Source of the DNA: Phoronis australis
Lineage: Eukaryota > Animalia > Phoronida
Length of the DNA stretch: 64,000 nt
Assembly: GCA_002633005.1 (NCBI GenBank)
Contig: NMRA01000623.1
Span: 179,410 to 243,409, forward strand
Reading direction: 5' to 3'
The position numbers and the translations under genes are program-made. Every line of letters starts with the position of its first letter. The stretch's first letter is position 1. Below are positions 47,801 through 60,767 of this stretch, in pieces. The notes under the pieces are model-generated. The model had not been told where the DNA came from, made no database searches, and was given only the letters and a program-made list of their open reading frames with translations.

Positions 47801-50800
47801 AACTCCACAAGCTCCAACAGAGTATTGTAGGGATTACACTCCTCCACGTCTTTACTGAACGCAGTGTGGCTGCAACCATAACCAATCGCGTAATAAAACT
47901 GTTAACACAGCATTAGACTCTTGAAAACTTGCCATCTTGTCTAAACTCCTAAAGGAAGTTATATTGCAAAACTTTACAAAATCTAACAACTGTAAAAATT
48001 AATCAATTGTGCAAGCTGCCCTTGACAAATGTCTGAAAGGGTAACAACAATTATTTTAAATGTTGTTTGAGACAGTGAAGCAGCAATATGCTAGGCAATA
48101 TGCAAGACACAATGAACCCAGACTCCATAATGGTTTACAATCTACAACTATAACTTAACTGAAATTGCTAGGACAGGGAATGTGCAACCATCAAGGACCT
48201 TTTGACTTACAAGTTTGCTTCTGTATCAGAAGTTTGGGACTGTATTCGTTTCTGGTATTCAATGCTCTGCAGGTACCTGGGCAGCTCAAGGAGGGCAAGG
48301 TTACGCAACCACTCAGTGAAACAGGTGACCACCTGGCACTGCAATAGACAAAGTATCTGACACTGACAACTATTCCAATAGAAACGTCTGAGCACAAGGA
48401 TCTTTTAAAGCTGATGTCACATTTTCCCCAAATTGGCAGGGGGGCGTCGGAAAATCGCATCTTGTTGCTTAATATTACATAAGTCTATACCACTGCACGA
48501 GGTAGACCACCATAATGTCTTACAAACTTCGAGATTCTCGCACTGCAGTAACAAGTCAACTACTATAACTTCCAACGTTTTTTACCTAAACCGGATGATA
48601 CTACTGATTTGTACACATAAGAATCATCAGTACGATGTCACACCGAAGTAAGGATCACCAGTTTCTATTTTGTTCCATGTACATCATAACATGAATCATT
48701 GATGAGGTAATACTATGTTAACAGAAAAAGTCACATATAATGTGTATAATGAACAAATGACTTTACAATGAACTCCATACCTGACGATAGTTGAAATAAA
48801 TCAAAATGCCATTTATCTAGTGCACACCAGGACCAGTTGTATTAACATTGACATGGCGTTCCCTCAGTGTTGCACACCAATGACTTACCTTGAAGTACAA
48901 AGATGAGCTAAAATACAACTTCCTCACAGGCTCCAGCACCAGGTCATTTAAAACTGAAACAAATATGTTCATTACAAACAGAATTTTCAACAAACTGAAG
49001 CAAAACCTTATCCAACTTGATGGTGAATAGTTTTACATGCAACAATTCCATTATTTGATAGACACTGAACAACCAATAGGCCTGATAGCACAGCTCTAGA
49101 AGTTCAAATACCATTTGGACCTGATAGTGTATATGAATTGCGATTAAATAAAAATTAATAACGCTGTAGATAACTCGTGAAGTAACCAGAAACCACGTGC
49201 TTCAACCAAAAAAGTTTCAAATACAGACTAAGAACTATACAAGACATACAAATTATATGTAACACATTGGCAGACCAACGTTTTCAGTAAGGGGGATTAG
49301 GATTCGCACGAATCCAAGGCACGTAGCACGGAACAGAGGGAAAGTCGGGAAGGGATTTCCTCCCTCTCGTGTAAGATTTTTTTTTGTTCTTAGTAGCTGA
49401 TTTCGTTTCCTGGCGACATTTTAAATTTTTTTTATTTGTTATCCTGTCCTGAGAGGGGGTTTCAACCCCCTTAAACCCTCCCCCGTAGAGTCCCCTCTGT
49501 AACAATCTGTTTAAAGCCTTACCTTCAAACGAGTACATTCCTAGCTTTGTAATCAGCTTGAAGATATAAGGCAGAAAATCCCGTCCATTCCATGTGTGTA
49601 GAAATTGAATGAGGAATATTTCACATACGGGAACACCTTCCTGAAATACAAATGTGACACATGCATCAAATAAACACCAACATGACGAAAAGAATCACCA
49701 CTTTGCAATGACTCACCACTTGGCAAAGACTCACCACTTGGCAAAGACTCACCTTATCAAAGGTTATACGCCCAATTATAGTATGGCCATAACAAACTCA
49801 AATGTGTGTTTTCATAGGAAACATACACTGTAAGTAGCAGAAATTAAGCTGTGCTGTGTATTTTCCTTAAAACAACCATTTCTATTTAATGAACTCTTTG
49901 CCAGTGAGAACTTAAGCTATGATAGTCTCAGCCAAGACTGTACCACCTTTGACAAAACAAGTCCCATATCAATATTAAGTCAAGTTCACATTAGATAGAA
50001 CTTTTTCAAACATCGATAGTGTATGCAATTGACAACATAAACTGGGAGTTCTTTCCAAGCCCTCCACTTCTTGCGACTTAAAAACCAAGACTTATCCCCA
50101 CGATCAAAATCACCGACAACTGATATCAAAATCTATGACAGTTGACAAAATCACTGACAGCCGACATCCAAATTATCGATCGCTGATATCAAAATCATTG
50201 ACAGTTGATATCAAAATCATTGACAGTTGATATAAAAATCGCTGACAGGTGATAACAACATCTAAGAAAAACAACTAAAATAAATATAATAGGATTTACT
50301 TAATACCATACCTGTAAAAAATCGGTGAAAAGCAGCAAAAGCTTCAGAAATTCTGTTCTTTTTTCTTTCTTTTTGTCATCAGGGTTGGCTAAAAATTCTA
50401 TAGAAAGAAATCTTTGATTAATTTTTCTCGCTTCATAACAATGATAAAATGAATCAAGTCAAACTTAAGTGTTCAGAGTAATCAAATCAGTAGTTTTGTG
50501 AGTAAAAACTTGATCCTAATTAAAGCTGGCGTTACAAATCCTCCAGCAATTTTTGTTTTAATAAAGCACTTAACACAATGAAAATAGGCATATTTTGAAT
50601 GGTTTCTGGATTTGGGAAAAACATAGTTTTTTAGTGCTTAACTTAAGACAATACTCTGTGTATAGAATAACCCGTCGTAACATGGCAACTTAATGAGTGT
50701 TGTCATAGAAGTCAGTCCTAACATGGCAACTGAACTCAGCAAGTTGAGACAAGTTTCTTAACAATAAGAGGCCTAATTCAAGTGTTATTCCTTTAATACT

Positions 50801-53800
50801 AAAGGTGGCCGCATATCAGTATCAACTAAAGAGTGATAAGAAACTTCAAAACTGCACTCAGTATTGAGTAATTCTCATTTCACTCTGTTTCAATCTGTAG
50901 CAAACAGAGTAAGATTCATTATTATGGTTGGAGTGAAACACTTCCAGTAAATACCAACAAAACAAACCGTCATGTAAAACACTGTGCAGCCAGAAGCTAA
51001 ACCTCATGGTCACCACTTTGTTACTGAGTAATGATATTAGATGTTGCAGTAGATGATGCTCCAGACACGACCCAATCTGCAATGGTAACTGAAACAGAGA
51101 CAAAGGAATTACAACATAGAACATAATTTCAACAAGGTGAGGTAGACATTTTGCAGCAACACAATTCATTATAACGAAAAAGTTCAATGATGGGTTCCGC
51201 TCCATGTGTTTTTGGTTTCTGTGTGTTTATGTAATTCCACGTCAGAGATCTCTCACACAAAAAGCCTTTCTGTAATTTCCCTTACTGCATGTTGGCAAAC
51301 ATAATGGAACATATCAAACTACAGCCAAACCAAATTGTAGTGTTTTCATTTATCTCATGATTTAACATTCTAGTTTCCATTACCGCTGGTGAACCTGTCT
51401 ATTTGTATTATTGGGTGGGGTCCCTGTCTATGTGTAAGACGGAGAGGGAAATCTGTCTGTACCACTAAGTAGGGAACCTGTATAAGTGTAAGTCTAAGTG
51501 GGGAGGGAACCTGTCTACATGTATGACTTAGTGGGTACCCTGCCTATACATAACTAAGTGAGGACTCTGCCTATGTGTATGACCAAGTGGTGACCCTATC
51601 TATATGTATGACTGAGTGGGGATTCTAGCTATGGGTATGATTAAGGGGGTGACTCTGTCTATCTGGATGACTGAGTGGAGATTCTGTCTATGTGTATGAC
51701 TAACTGGGGACCCTGTGTATATGTATGGCTAAGTGAGGGCCCTATCTATGTGTATGACTACGTGGAGACCCTTTCTATCTGTATGACTAACTGGGGATCC
51801 TGTCTATATGTATGACCAAGAGGTACCCTGTCTATATCTATGACTAAGTAGTTATTATATCTATGTGTCACTAAGTGGTGACCCTGTCTATATGTATGAT
51901 TTTGTGGCGATTCTGTCTGTGTATGACTAAGTAGGGACCCTGTCTATATGTGATTGAGTGGGGTCCCTGTCAATGTGTATGATTGTGTAAAACTTTATAC
52001 ACTGTGCCATAACACATCCTTTGGCGTATTATTTGATTAACTATAATTGACACTATGCAAGAATAAACTTACCTCCACTCGGTCTAGACATTTTAAAAGT
52101 TGTTTAAAATTTCGTATTTGTTCAAATGGTACAGGGGCAAATGTGTCGAGACTCGTAGGTATATGTTCCTGAGCACTCGCCATCAGTGTGGATGTCTTCA
52201 CACCAGGCACCAATTCATAGTGCCCTCTCTTGGACATCTGAAACAAATACCTCAGTTGCATCACTGTTTCCTTAAAGCTCTAATAACATTTTGGAATCAT
52301 CGTCAAATCTGTGGCTAAACCTTCCACAACGCTTTTAAATAAGTATCCAAATGCCCTTCCGCTAATCTAAATTGACCATTGCCAGCTGCTAACACTGTTA
52401 CAATGAGGGTGCTTACAGGTTCAGAAGAAGGAGACTTCTCGCTGACAGCCAACTCATCGCCTGCGAGTGATCTGTTGCTGCCCTGTTTGTCCTTGACCTT
52501 TTGAATTGCACTTCTCCACGCCCGATCAGTCAAGCGGAAACACACCTGAATGAAGAACGGTGAACAAGGAGTACCAACACAGCCTAAACATGTGTAAGGC
52601 ACAGAGCAGTACTGTCCACCTAATAGGAAACTGTGCCACTGTTCCCTCAGCAAGCATTCAATTACAGCGTAGCACCATGATTAAAAGTATTGAGCCATGT
52701 CTGCAATGAAGAAGCCTTTTCTGCTTTACAAGACAACAGACTGAAACAATATTGGATAATGATTCTTTGTTTATATTATTTTGCAGTAAATATGAGTGTA
52801 ACTTGCGTAGGAAGTGTAATTACGAGAGTTTCTCCAAATTAATACAAAGCAAGATTACGATGGCAAAACACGATGTGCAATGTGAGGATTTTTACCAATG
52901 ACACTCAAAGTACGTAAGAACAAATGCCAAGAAAGAACATTATCCGACGATAACTTACAAATTTACTCCTTGGGATAACGATAGCCACCAAATTGGGACA
53001 GTAGAGTTTGTAAATGGACAGCAATCCAATGATGTAGGGTTGAGCGCCCTGCAATAATAAGTTGAGTTTATTCAAAATGATGAAATACTGGTTACCAACC
53101 ACTACATTTAACTTTAGTATCTGTTTCACAGGGAAGGTTTGGGGCGCTAAAATGATCACAGACTCTCTTGAAATTTTCCAAATTTTCAATTGGACAGAAA
53201 TATTAATTCAGGTTGTACACAGACAGTTTATATCAGTTTCTTTATTTGAAATAAACACGATCAACCAGCTGTCATTTTTCAAAAGTAAACAATAACTACG
53301 AGAGCTTGTGACAAGTCAGTGAATTACAAACCATTTTACTTACTATTGCTCAGGAATTTATCACAATGATATTCAACTTTTCCACAAGAAACATTACCAT
53401 AGCAGTCGTCTCACCCTTTTATGTTGAAGAGCCAACAGTTTCTGCACCCTACACAGTAGAACATCTTCTTTATTGGTCAGCAGATAAAGCAGGTGACAGA
53501 TATGGGGGCACTGAAAGATCAACGACAGGCATACAACGACAAACATATACTGACATGATTAGCAAGATCTAGAATCATGTTTTTGTCCATGTGTTTGATA
53601 CAGACACAATCACAACTAAACAACTGAAGAAAATGTTCAATAACAACACTACTGAATACATAAGCAGACTTTCTACCCGGTGTGTTTTTAAAAGTGTCTT
53701 TATTAACAACGGTTCACCTTAAGGTTGGTTTAATCGCATTCACTTAAAGATGTAAGAGTATGTCAACTCACTAAGCTTTCATTCTCCAAGAAGCAGAACA

Positions 53801-56800
53801 GGATCTCGTAAACCGCATGGAGACTGGTGCGATCATCTATACTCTCATAGATAAGTAGGATCCAGCGAATCAATAATGACTGTAAATTTAACACAGTGCT
53901 CATTAGATCAGTGTCAGTGGTATTTCAGTGCATGTTGTATTGATACCAACCATAAACTTTTAGTCAGGGTTACACAACTGCTCTAGCCAGAGGTCTGGAA
54001 AACCATGATGTGCTGATCGTAACAAATAAATATTTCTGCAGAACAACAAGACATCAATCAAATACATTTACACAGAAATGAATTTTTATGCAAAAACTGA
54101 AATATCAAAGAAAAAAATAACTATCCAACAAACTTAGGGAGTGGCAGTCACAAGGACTCATCTAGGATCTGAAATTGACACTTCCCATATGGGGTGATTC
54201 TACGAGTTCACTCCGACATCACAGGACAGGAAAGTAATTCCCTCGAAAAATATAGTTGTCAGGATTTGACGAACATCGCCGTGACGTTTATGGTAAAAAT
54301 GGCAATACCAAGTATGTGACCTCGATTTCTGTTTGAAAATGTATCGAATTAAAACAACGAATTGCAGGTCTCAACAAAATTTAAAAATCCAAAATGTCAA
54401 AATTCTTCGTTCAGCGGTCGTTTTTGCCATAGAGGGTGTCTTATAACAGGACATCTTTTTTCTTCATTGATCGTGTCATCTAAGCCGACATTTTTTAAAG
54501 AGGCCGCTCCCATGACGGCCGCTAGATGAGTCCCTGAACAGTCACTAGGGGGATCAACAAGTAAGTAGTCTAAGGGCACAAACTGTTCAGAATTCTTCAC
54601 TATTGTTTCACGAATATTTAAAGATGAATGAAAACTCTTGACTAGGTTCCGTGACAACATAAACAAGGTTAGATAAGACAGGCATACCTGTATTTGTACT
54701 GAAGCAGAGTTAGTACACATCCATGACAGTGCTCTGAGAACAGCCTCACATGGAACCGCCTCAGATGGGATCAGAGCCTTGATCAATCGCACACTGGTCG
54801 TTTGAGCTGAACACACAGTAATGAATTATATAGTAAACAACAGTGCAGTATTCTCTAGATCATCCGCAACTGTACTTCATTGTTCGAATTATTAAGGTAA
54901 CAGGCTACATGAACCGGGCTAAATCAGTTATGAATAAATAATGTTAAGGTATTAACAGTAGACTTAGGAAACTATGGTCACAAACATATAGGCAGTATTT
55001 TTGTATATATGTTAAGAACACCTGGGCAGTACATTTGTTTGTTAACAATTTGTGATCATCATGGGTTTTGGAAGTATTTAGTTTCATGAGTCTACAGATA
55101 CTTAAAATTATTCATTAAGCAATTGGACCCTTGGTAAAAAAGGCAAACACTTGTCATATATGATGTCACTTATGGCAAAGAAAATGTATGAACATCTAGC
55201 TCTCTTTGCTTCACACTATTGTCTGATATTACACTTGAACAGAATACATAATATCTGAAAGAAATCCATGTCTCAAAGTATTCCAAAAATGTGATCAAGA
55301 TTACACTAATATAAAGTCAGTCATACATACCAAATCAGTCAACACATTCCAAAAAATAAATATCTAGCTGTGACCAACAATAAACTAAACGCACTTTTAC
55401 ACCTGCTTACCCACCAAATCATCAACACACTCCAATAGGAATATATAATATCCAGACAAAAGTTATGACTGAGAATAAACTAAATGTACATTTACGGAAT
55501 CCACTTACCAAATCGTCCACTGGCAGCCACATTCACCAGCTTATTGATATGGTGACCACTAAGTCCTTTATCTCTAGCTGTATCTTCAATTGTACTCAGG
55601 GCACCACTCAGTTCTGTATTACCCCGCACTTTAGGGCGAGATTGTTCTGAAATTTCTCATAAATGTTAATTCAACGTATACAGTCAAGTGACCTAATTAT
55701 CGGACGTTTTGGCACATTTTGCATTATATTTAATTGAAAATACTACGGATTGTTGTAAATTCTTTGCTGAAATAAAGACTTACCTTCACGGAATTGTTTT
55801 ATTACTATATCTCGTCACTGAAAGCCACATTTATGTTCCGACTTATCTTTAAAAAAAACAAGCGAACCTTCGGAGAACCTAAATATCGAACACCATGTTT
55901 CTCCATACGCCACACTGCCGAAAACTGACTAACCACGTAATGGCTGCGGGCACCTTGAAGCCAAATTTCAGCTCGAGTATTTTGACATATATGCTGCTAG
56001 AACACAGGTCCATTCGCAACAAAATTGTCCATAAAATGAAATCTGATGACGGCGCCAAGTTATTTTAATGAACTCACTGCAGTTTTTAGTATCACTTTGG
56101 CTTCTTGATATATGTGTGCGGTCGGGGTTTGACTTGAGTTTAAAAACAAATGAAAAAATGGAACAGTGACATATTGTCAGTTCATTGAGATGGTTTCATT
56201 GTGGAAAAAGATTTTATTTTTAACTTTTATAACCCATTTATGCGATCGTCCATTTTAGGACGACTTGGGGGTCTAAATTGCACCCTCTCTCGGTGAAATC
56301 AAAACGAGGCAACGCTGTAAAAAACGAGACGGTGCCGGACATTGAATGCATTGCAACGGAACAAAAATTGGTGTCACTTAATTCTCAGATTATGCTTCAA
56401 GTAAGATTCTATGAAATGTCCGATATTTAGGTTCCGTCCGATAATTAGGTACACTATGTGTAGTCAATAATTGAAACAATTCAGTAAACTGCAGGTAAAA
56501 AAGCCCCAGTATGTCTCATGTGTACACAATCACCCAGGATCACATTCATGATGTTCAACATTTTACAATTAACACCAAATAATGGACGATCTTGTGTTTT
56601 CAAAACCCACAGTAAGTACCGATGGTTCTAACCTAACCTCCACCAAGACTTCACTGCTTGTGACTTTCTACTTGGTGTGTTTCATTTCACACCTTGCATG
56701 CTGTCCACAGCTGTCACCTCACGCCCAAGACATGAGAATTCTAAGGTGGCGCTCTTAGAAATATGCCCAGGGATGAAGACTCAATAATACCAAAATACAG

Positions 56801-56933
56801 CTAGTTCCATGAAACAAAAACAGGTGGGAAAAAAATCCTTACCCTTAACAAAGAAAGCGACAGCATCGGCCAGGAGGTTGAGTTTCCTCTTGGTGCTGCC
56901 CCTAGATGACGACACAGGCGGTGAAGATAGCAT
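44827..56933 (-). CDS. CENPI: Centromere protein I (CENP-I/Mis6 family), 17 coding exons, about 725 aa
   Basis: Exons (minus strand) 56933-56843, 55646-55509, 54806-54688, 53879-53772, 53510-53415, 53048-52959, 52545-52417, 52237-52073, 51088-50968, 50397-50312, 49640-49523, 48953-48889, 48338-48211, 47869-47716, 46471-46347, 45790-45466, 44946-44827 total 2178 nt, in frame and all GT-AG. Motifs match CENP-I: LIKALIP, CPHICHLLYLLT, LLSIYKLYCP, LPLQIGS, FLHTWNG, NNTLLLHCVLDFF, YLDYLQQHHLEGFKEFI. The start codon is tentative because the exon acceptor lies at 56945. Confidence 0.9.
46138..46292. repeat. 35-bp minisatellite (4 copies)
   Basis: Unit TACTTATTAACCTCACCCATCAGTGAAACTGGGCR. Confidence 0.9.
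46597..47031. mobile_element. hAT-like MITE, copy 3 (in a CENPI intron, inserted into a tandem repeat)
   Basis: Same TIR and internal sequence as copies 1 and 2; TSD AGATGA; GATGAGGTCATATGA repeats on both sides. Confidence 0.85.
50100..50255. repeat. Degenerate minisatellite of about 21 bp
   Basis: Unit approximately ATCAAAATCATTGACAGTTGAT. Confidence 0.7.
51390..51985. repeat. Degenerate minisatellite of about 29-30 bp
   Basis: Unit approximately GTATGACTAAGTGGGGACCCTGTCTATAT. Confidence 0.85.
55681..56460. mobile_element. Tc1/mariner-type MITE in a CENPI intron
   Basis: TA-flanked inverted ends sharing ACCTAATTATCGGACG. Confidence 0.65.
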
Positions 56934-58829
56934 GGTCACCCCAACCTGTAATGACATCATAAGGTATGAAAATGCGTGGAACTTACGTAAAATTGCTGTG
57001 TAACTAACTGGTGACAAACTAGACCACTTTTAAAATATTCTCAAATTGTTTCTTGGATAAGAAGTCCGTCCATTTTTTCACGATACAACGGGAGCATATC
57101 TCGACCTTTTTAGAACATGTCTCATGCACTAAGAAAAGGGACAGGAAATGCTTTGCATTCCATTTCATTGACAATTGGGATAATAGTGGCAATGAGTTCT
57201 AAATCTCGGTAATGGTCTGATAAAACGTGCCCAAATTTTGAGAACCAGTTTTCTCCACTGAATAACAGGCATCAAACTGGTTCTCAAATTACAGGCATGT
57301 TACATCAGACTATTGACTACCTCACCAAGATCTCGACTGGTGCCTGACCTTCGATTGGAGACATGGTCAGACAGTAGCCAATCCCAGGGTAGTAGTAGTG
57401 ACTGTAGTCAAATTTTGTATGCACCCGGTTCCATTGTTACCTCTACATGTTGATGAAAGTTTCATGGCTTATTTACCACAGAGGCATGGAACCTTATTTA
57501 CAGCAACACTGGAAGTGATAGATTGACCGTAGTCTTGTTGTGCTCAAACTTGGAATTCCGCTTGCTCTAAAGATCACGTATGCGTGAGCTTGGAATACCC
57601 CGAGGCATAATTCACCGAAAAGCTTGCAGCGTATGAAGCACCTACAGGAGCTTCGCCATCTCTATTGGGGCTAGTTGAGATGGTGGCACTGTCTCTGTCT
57701 AGCGGCAGTTAAGAGTGTCTTTTTGTTGCAGACCCGGGCAGCTAAACCGAGCTGGCAGACGATTTCCAATATTTCCTAAAACTAAAACTATTACACTACA
57801 CTACAGTTAATTCTAAGTAATACAGCAAGGCAGATTGCTTCATTGTCACTAGTCAGTTAACAGTTTCAGCACAGTATCAATGGAGAAGTGGGCCCTATCG
57901 TGCCGGTCTGATGTAGTGAAAGTTTCACTGTTCACGATGACTCGAAACCGAAGCCGAAGGAGAACGACGCAAATCAATGAATAACGGGTCCGTTATTTAG
58001 TAGACGAAACTAGTTCTCTAAATCAAGGTCCACTATGCAACCAGTTCCGATTCATTATGAGAGAATATTTGAACAAACCATGTAGAAAATCACAGTTACC
58101 TGTCAGTGTCTGACTTTAATAAGGCAGCAGATAAACCATCAACAAACTGGCGCCATTTTTATTTTTGAAAACTCTCGCGCTTCGAGATTTAGCGAGATTT
58201 TGGTACAGAAGAATACACAACAAAAGAACATTTAAGCAGACCAATGACTCACTGGGCAGCGAAACAGTGGGAGTCGCACAGGTGGATCTAGAAATGTTGC
58301 AATTGTAAGGGGGACCAACCACAATTTTCAAAGGAAAAAGTCTATAAGCCCTAAAAGTGGAATGTCGGTGGCAAAGGTGTAACTTCTGGATGTGACGGGT
58401 GTGTGACACCTCCTACTAATTTCATTGCGGGTTAACTGAACTAACAAGAAAGAAAAAGTTGAGCAGGCAGAAAAATATGGCCAAAGAGGTTCATTCAAAA
58501 GAGAGATCACAATTTGAGAATTTTGGAAATGTGGCTTCGTGCGGTATCTATATCGGCCTGTCTTGCCCCACTGGCGGTGTAGCTGAGAAAACTGAGTCAG
58601 CTATAGTTGTACTAGTTGGACAATGCTTCTCTATCAGCCGGCGCGGGAGAAACCGGTGTCGCTGTTCGCCCTTGATAATCACCAAAATTGATCCATTGTG
58701 TTTTACAGGTCAATTATCGCATTAGCGATGTCAGTTCGCGCCCGGGTAATAAAATACTGGCTGAAATAAATTAAAATGTCAGGGGCAGACTGAACTGGTA
58801 ATTTTTTAAGTGTCTAGGCTTCTGAAATT

Positions 58830-59388
58830 GAATTCCTCGTGAAAAGTTAGTGCAGAATCCTTCTTTGACAGAGGAAATACGATGAAATGGCCAAAACGCT
58901 GAAATAGGTTTTTATTCATTTTTACAACCGCGTCGACGGGTGTTTACATAATGCATTCATTCTGCATGTTAATTCGCTTTCCCATTAGAGGCGAACTTCG
59001 CGTTAACCGAAGTTTCAGTAAGTGGGAAGGATTAACTCCGGTAGTTAATCTGCAAGCGAAACTTCGTTATTGTCTGGCATCTTAGCGGAAAGGTAAGCGA
59101 AGTTTCGGTGAAGCTTCGGTAAACCAAAGACTCCTAAATATTGGCAAAAAAACATCCTGTTTGGATTCGACTTCAGACGACAGCGGCTTCCAAGCAGAAG
59201 ATAAATCCACATATCAATCTAGTCCGTGGTTACGTGATCTTTGGTCCGGCGTCACGACTCCCAAGCAACGGTTCAAAGAATTACTAACAAACGAATACCA
59301 GGGAACCGAAACCTAAGGCATCTATTTTAGGTAATTTTCATGGTATTACTTCGGGTAAAAATAATAACCTAACTTTTCACGGGAATTC
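58830..59388. mobile_element. TIR element, possibly Sola-like (AATT flanks)
   Basis: aatt|GAATTCCTCGTGAAAAGTTAG ... CTAACTTTTCACGGGAATTC|aatt; the boundary between TIR and TSD is ambiguous. Confidence 0.5.
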
Positions 59389-60619
59389 AATTTCAACTAA
59401 ACAGCAAGAAGTTGAAATTTACCAGGAAAGTCAAGTACCCTGCAGATACTTTTATAAAAAATCTGGATTGTCGACACACACCTTTCTCCTGATTTCCATC
59501 AGTATGGGTGATTTTGACAGTCTGAATGCACTTTCTCCTATTTCAATGTAATCGCAGGTGAATGGTGGCTTCCCCTGGAGTGAAAACGTCTGATTTGATC
59601 ATATTTTAAAATTACTCACTTTTATAGCGGATTATATAAGCTTGTAGTCGTAAAAGATGGAAAATTCACAGTGGAATCAGATTCGTGGACCTTTTGCAGT
59701 AAACTGGCGGTCGTTGTAGGAAAAATTCTGGTATATTGTAACAGGAAGGTCGGTCACGTTCACGAAGTCTACTCAAGCACAATCAGAAAATACAGATCTT
59801 TAAATTATTAGAATTAAAGCTATGTTATAAATATCATTACAATAGCAAGCTATTAGTACCATCACGGATCGCCCCGACATCGAGGCGAAAAGCTTTATAA
59901 ACACTCTGAAAGTTTCTGTGTCCGCCAAAAAAATCAATAGCATTCACCTAGGACTATATTACTCCTGGCACGCAAGTGCTGATGACATTAATGCACTGTT
60001 GAGTGTTGTTTTCTTCAATGACTCGTTATTTTAGAGAACTTTGCATTTTATTGTCGTGTTTTCATAGAGCAAATTAAAAATCGTATTGTTTGCTTTACAT
60101 AGTTCTGTACCACGGCAGTGCATACCCGATACGCATGCTCAGTTCAGAAAACGTGGACTCGTGTACATCTAGGTGTTCATATTTACGTCCAGTACTGAAA
60201 ACCAATTCTATCTTTCGCCGAACTCTGTCAGGATCCAATCATCGCTGCGCTCTATAAAGTTTTAAGTTAATGTCATTGCCATTTGGTTTTGGCAATGTTC
60301 AAATTTTTCGGGAACCCCGATTAAATGTTCCGCGATAATTGTTAGAGAATGCAAGGCCACAAGGCTTTGAAGTTTATTAAACCGGATCAAAGAAACAGAA
60401 TATTAAAGACCTCAAGCATTTCAGATAACCAATGAAATAGTTCATTACATACAGTTAAAAGCGCTAAAAATATGTTTTGGTATTAAAGCACCTAACTTAA
60501 ATTTCTGCTGGGGTGCGTTTGTTTTTCTTAATCAACGTCACCGTGCTCGGATTGTTTGTATGAATTAAAATAACTTTCCGCGCACGATGCGGGTAATTGT
60601 ATGCATAATAGGCCTACCT

Positions 60620-60767
60620 CATGGGCGGCGCACCATAGGGGGCTGGGGGGCTATAGCCTGCCCTCACTTTTTGAGTGCTACGCCTGCACATAGTATATAG
60701 GTGGTGCCCCACAGGGGCGCTGAGGAGGCTTCAGCCCCCCACTTTTTTCAGTGCTGCGCCGTCCATG
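60620..60767. mobile_element. Short hAT-like MITE
   Basis: TIR CATGGGCGGCGCA / TGCGCCGTCCATG with GC-rich GGGGGCT/AGCCCCC internal motifs; no TSD retained. Confidence 0.5.

Noticed and set aside
57640-57662. ATGGCG as the CENPI start codon
   Set aside because: It reads MAKLL* and stops immediately; more likely a YY1-type promoter motif or a uORF.
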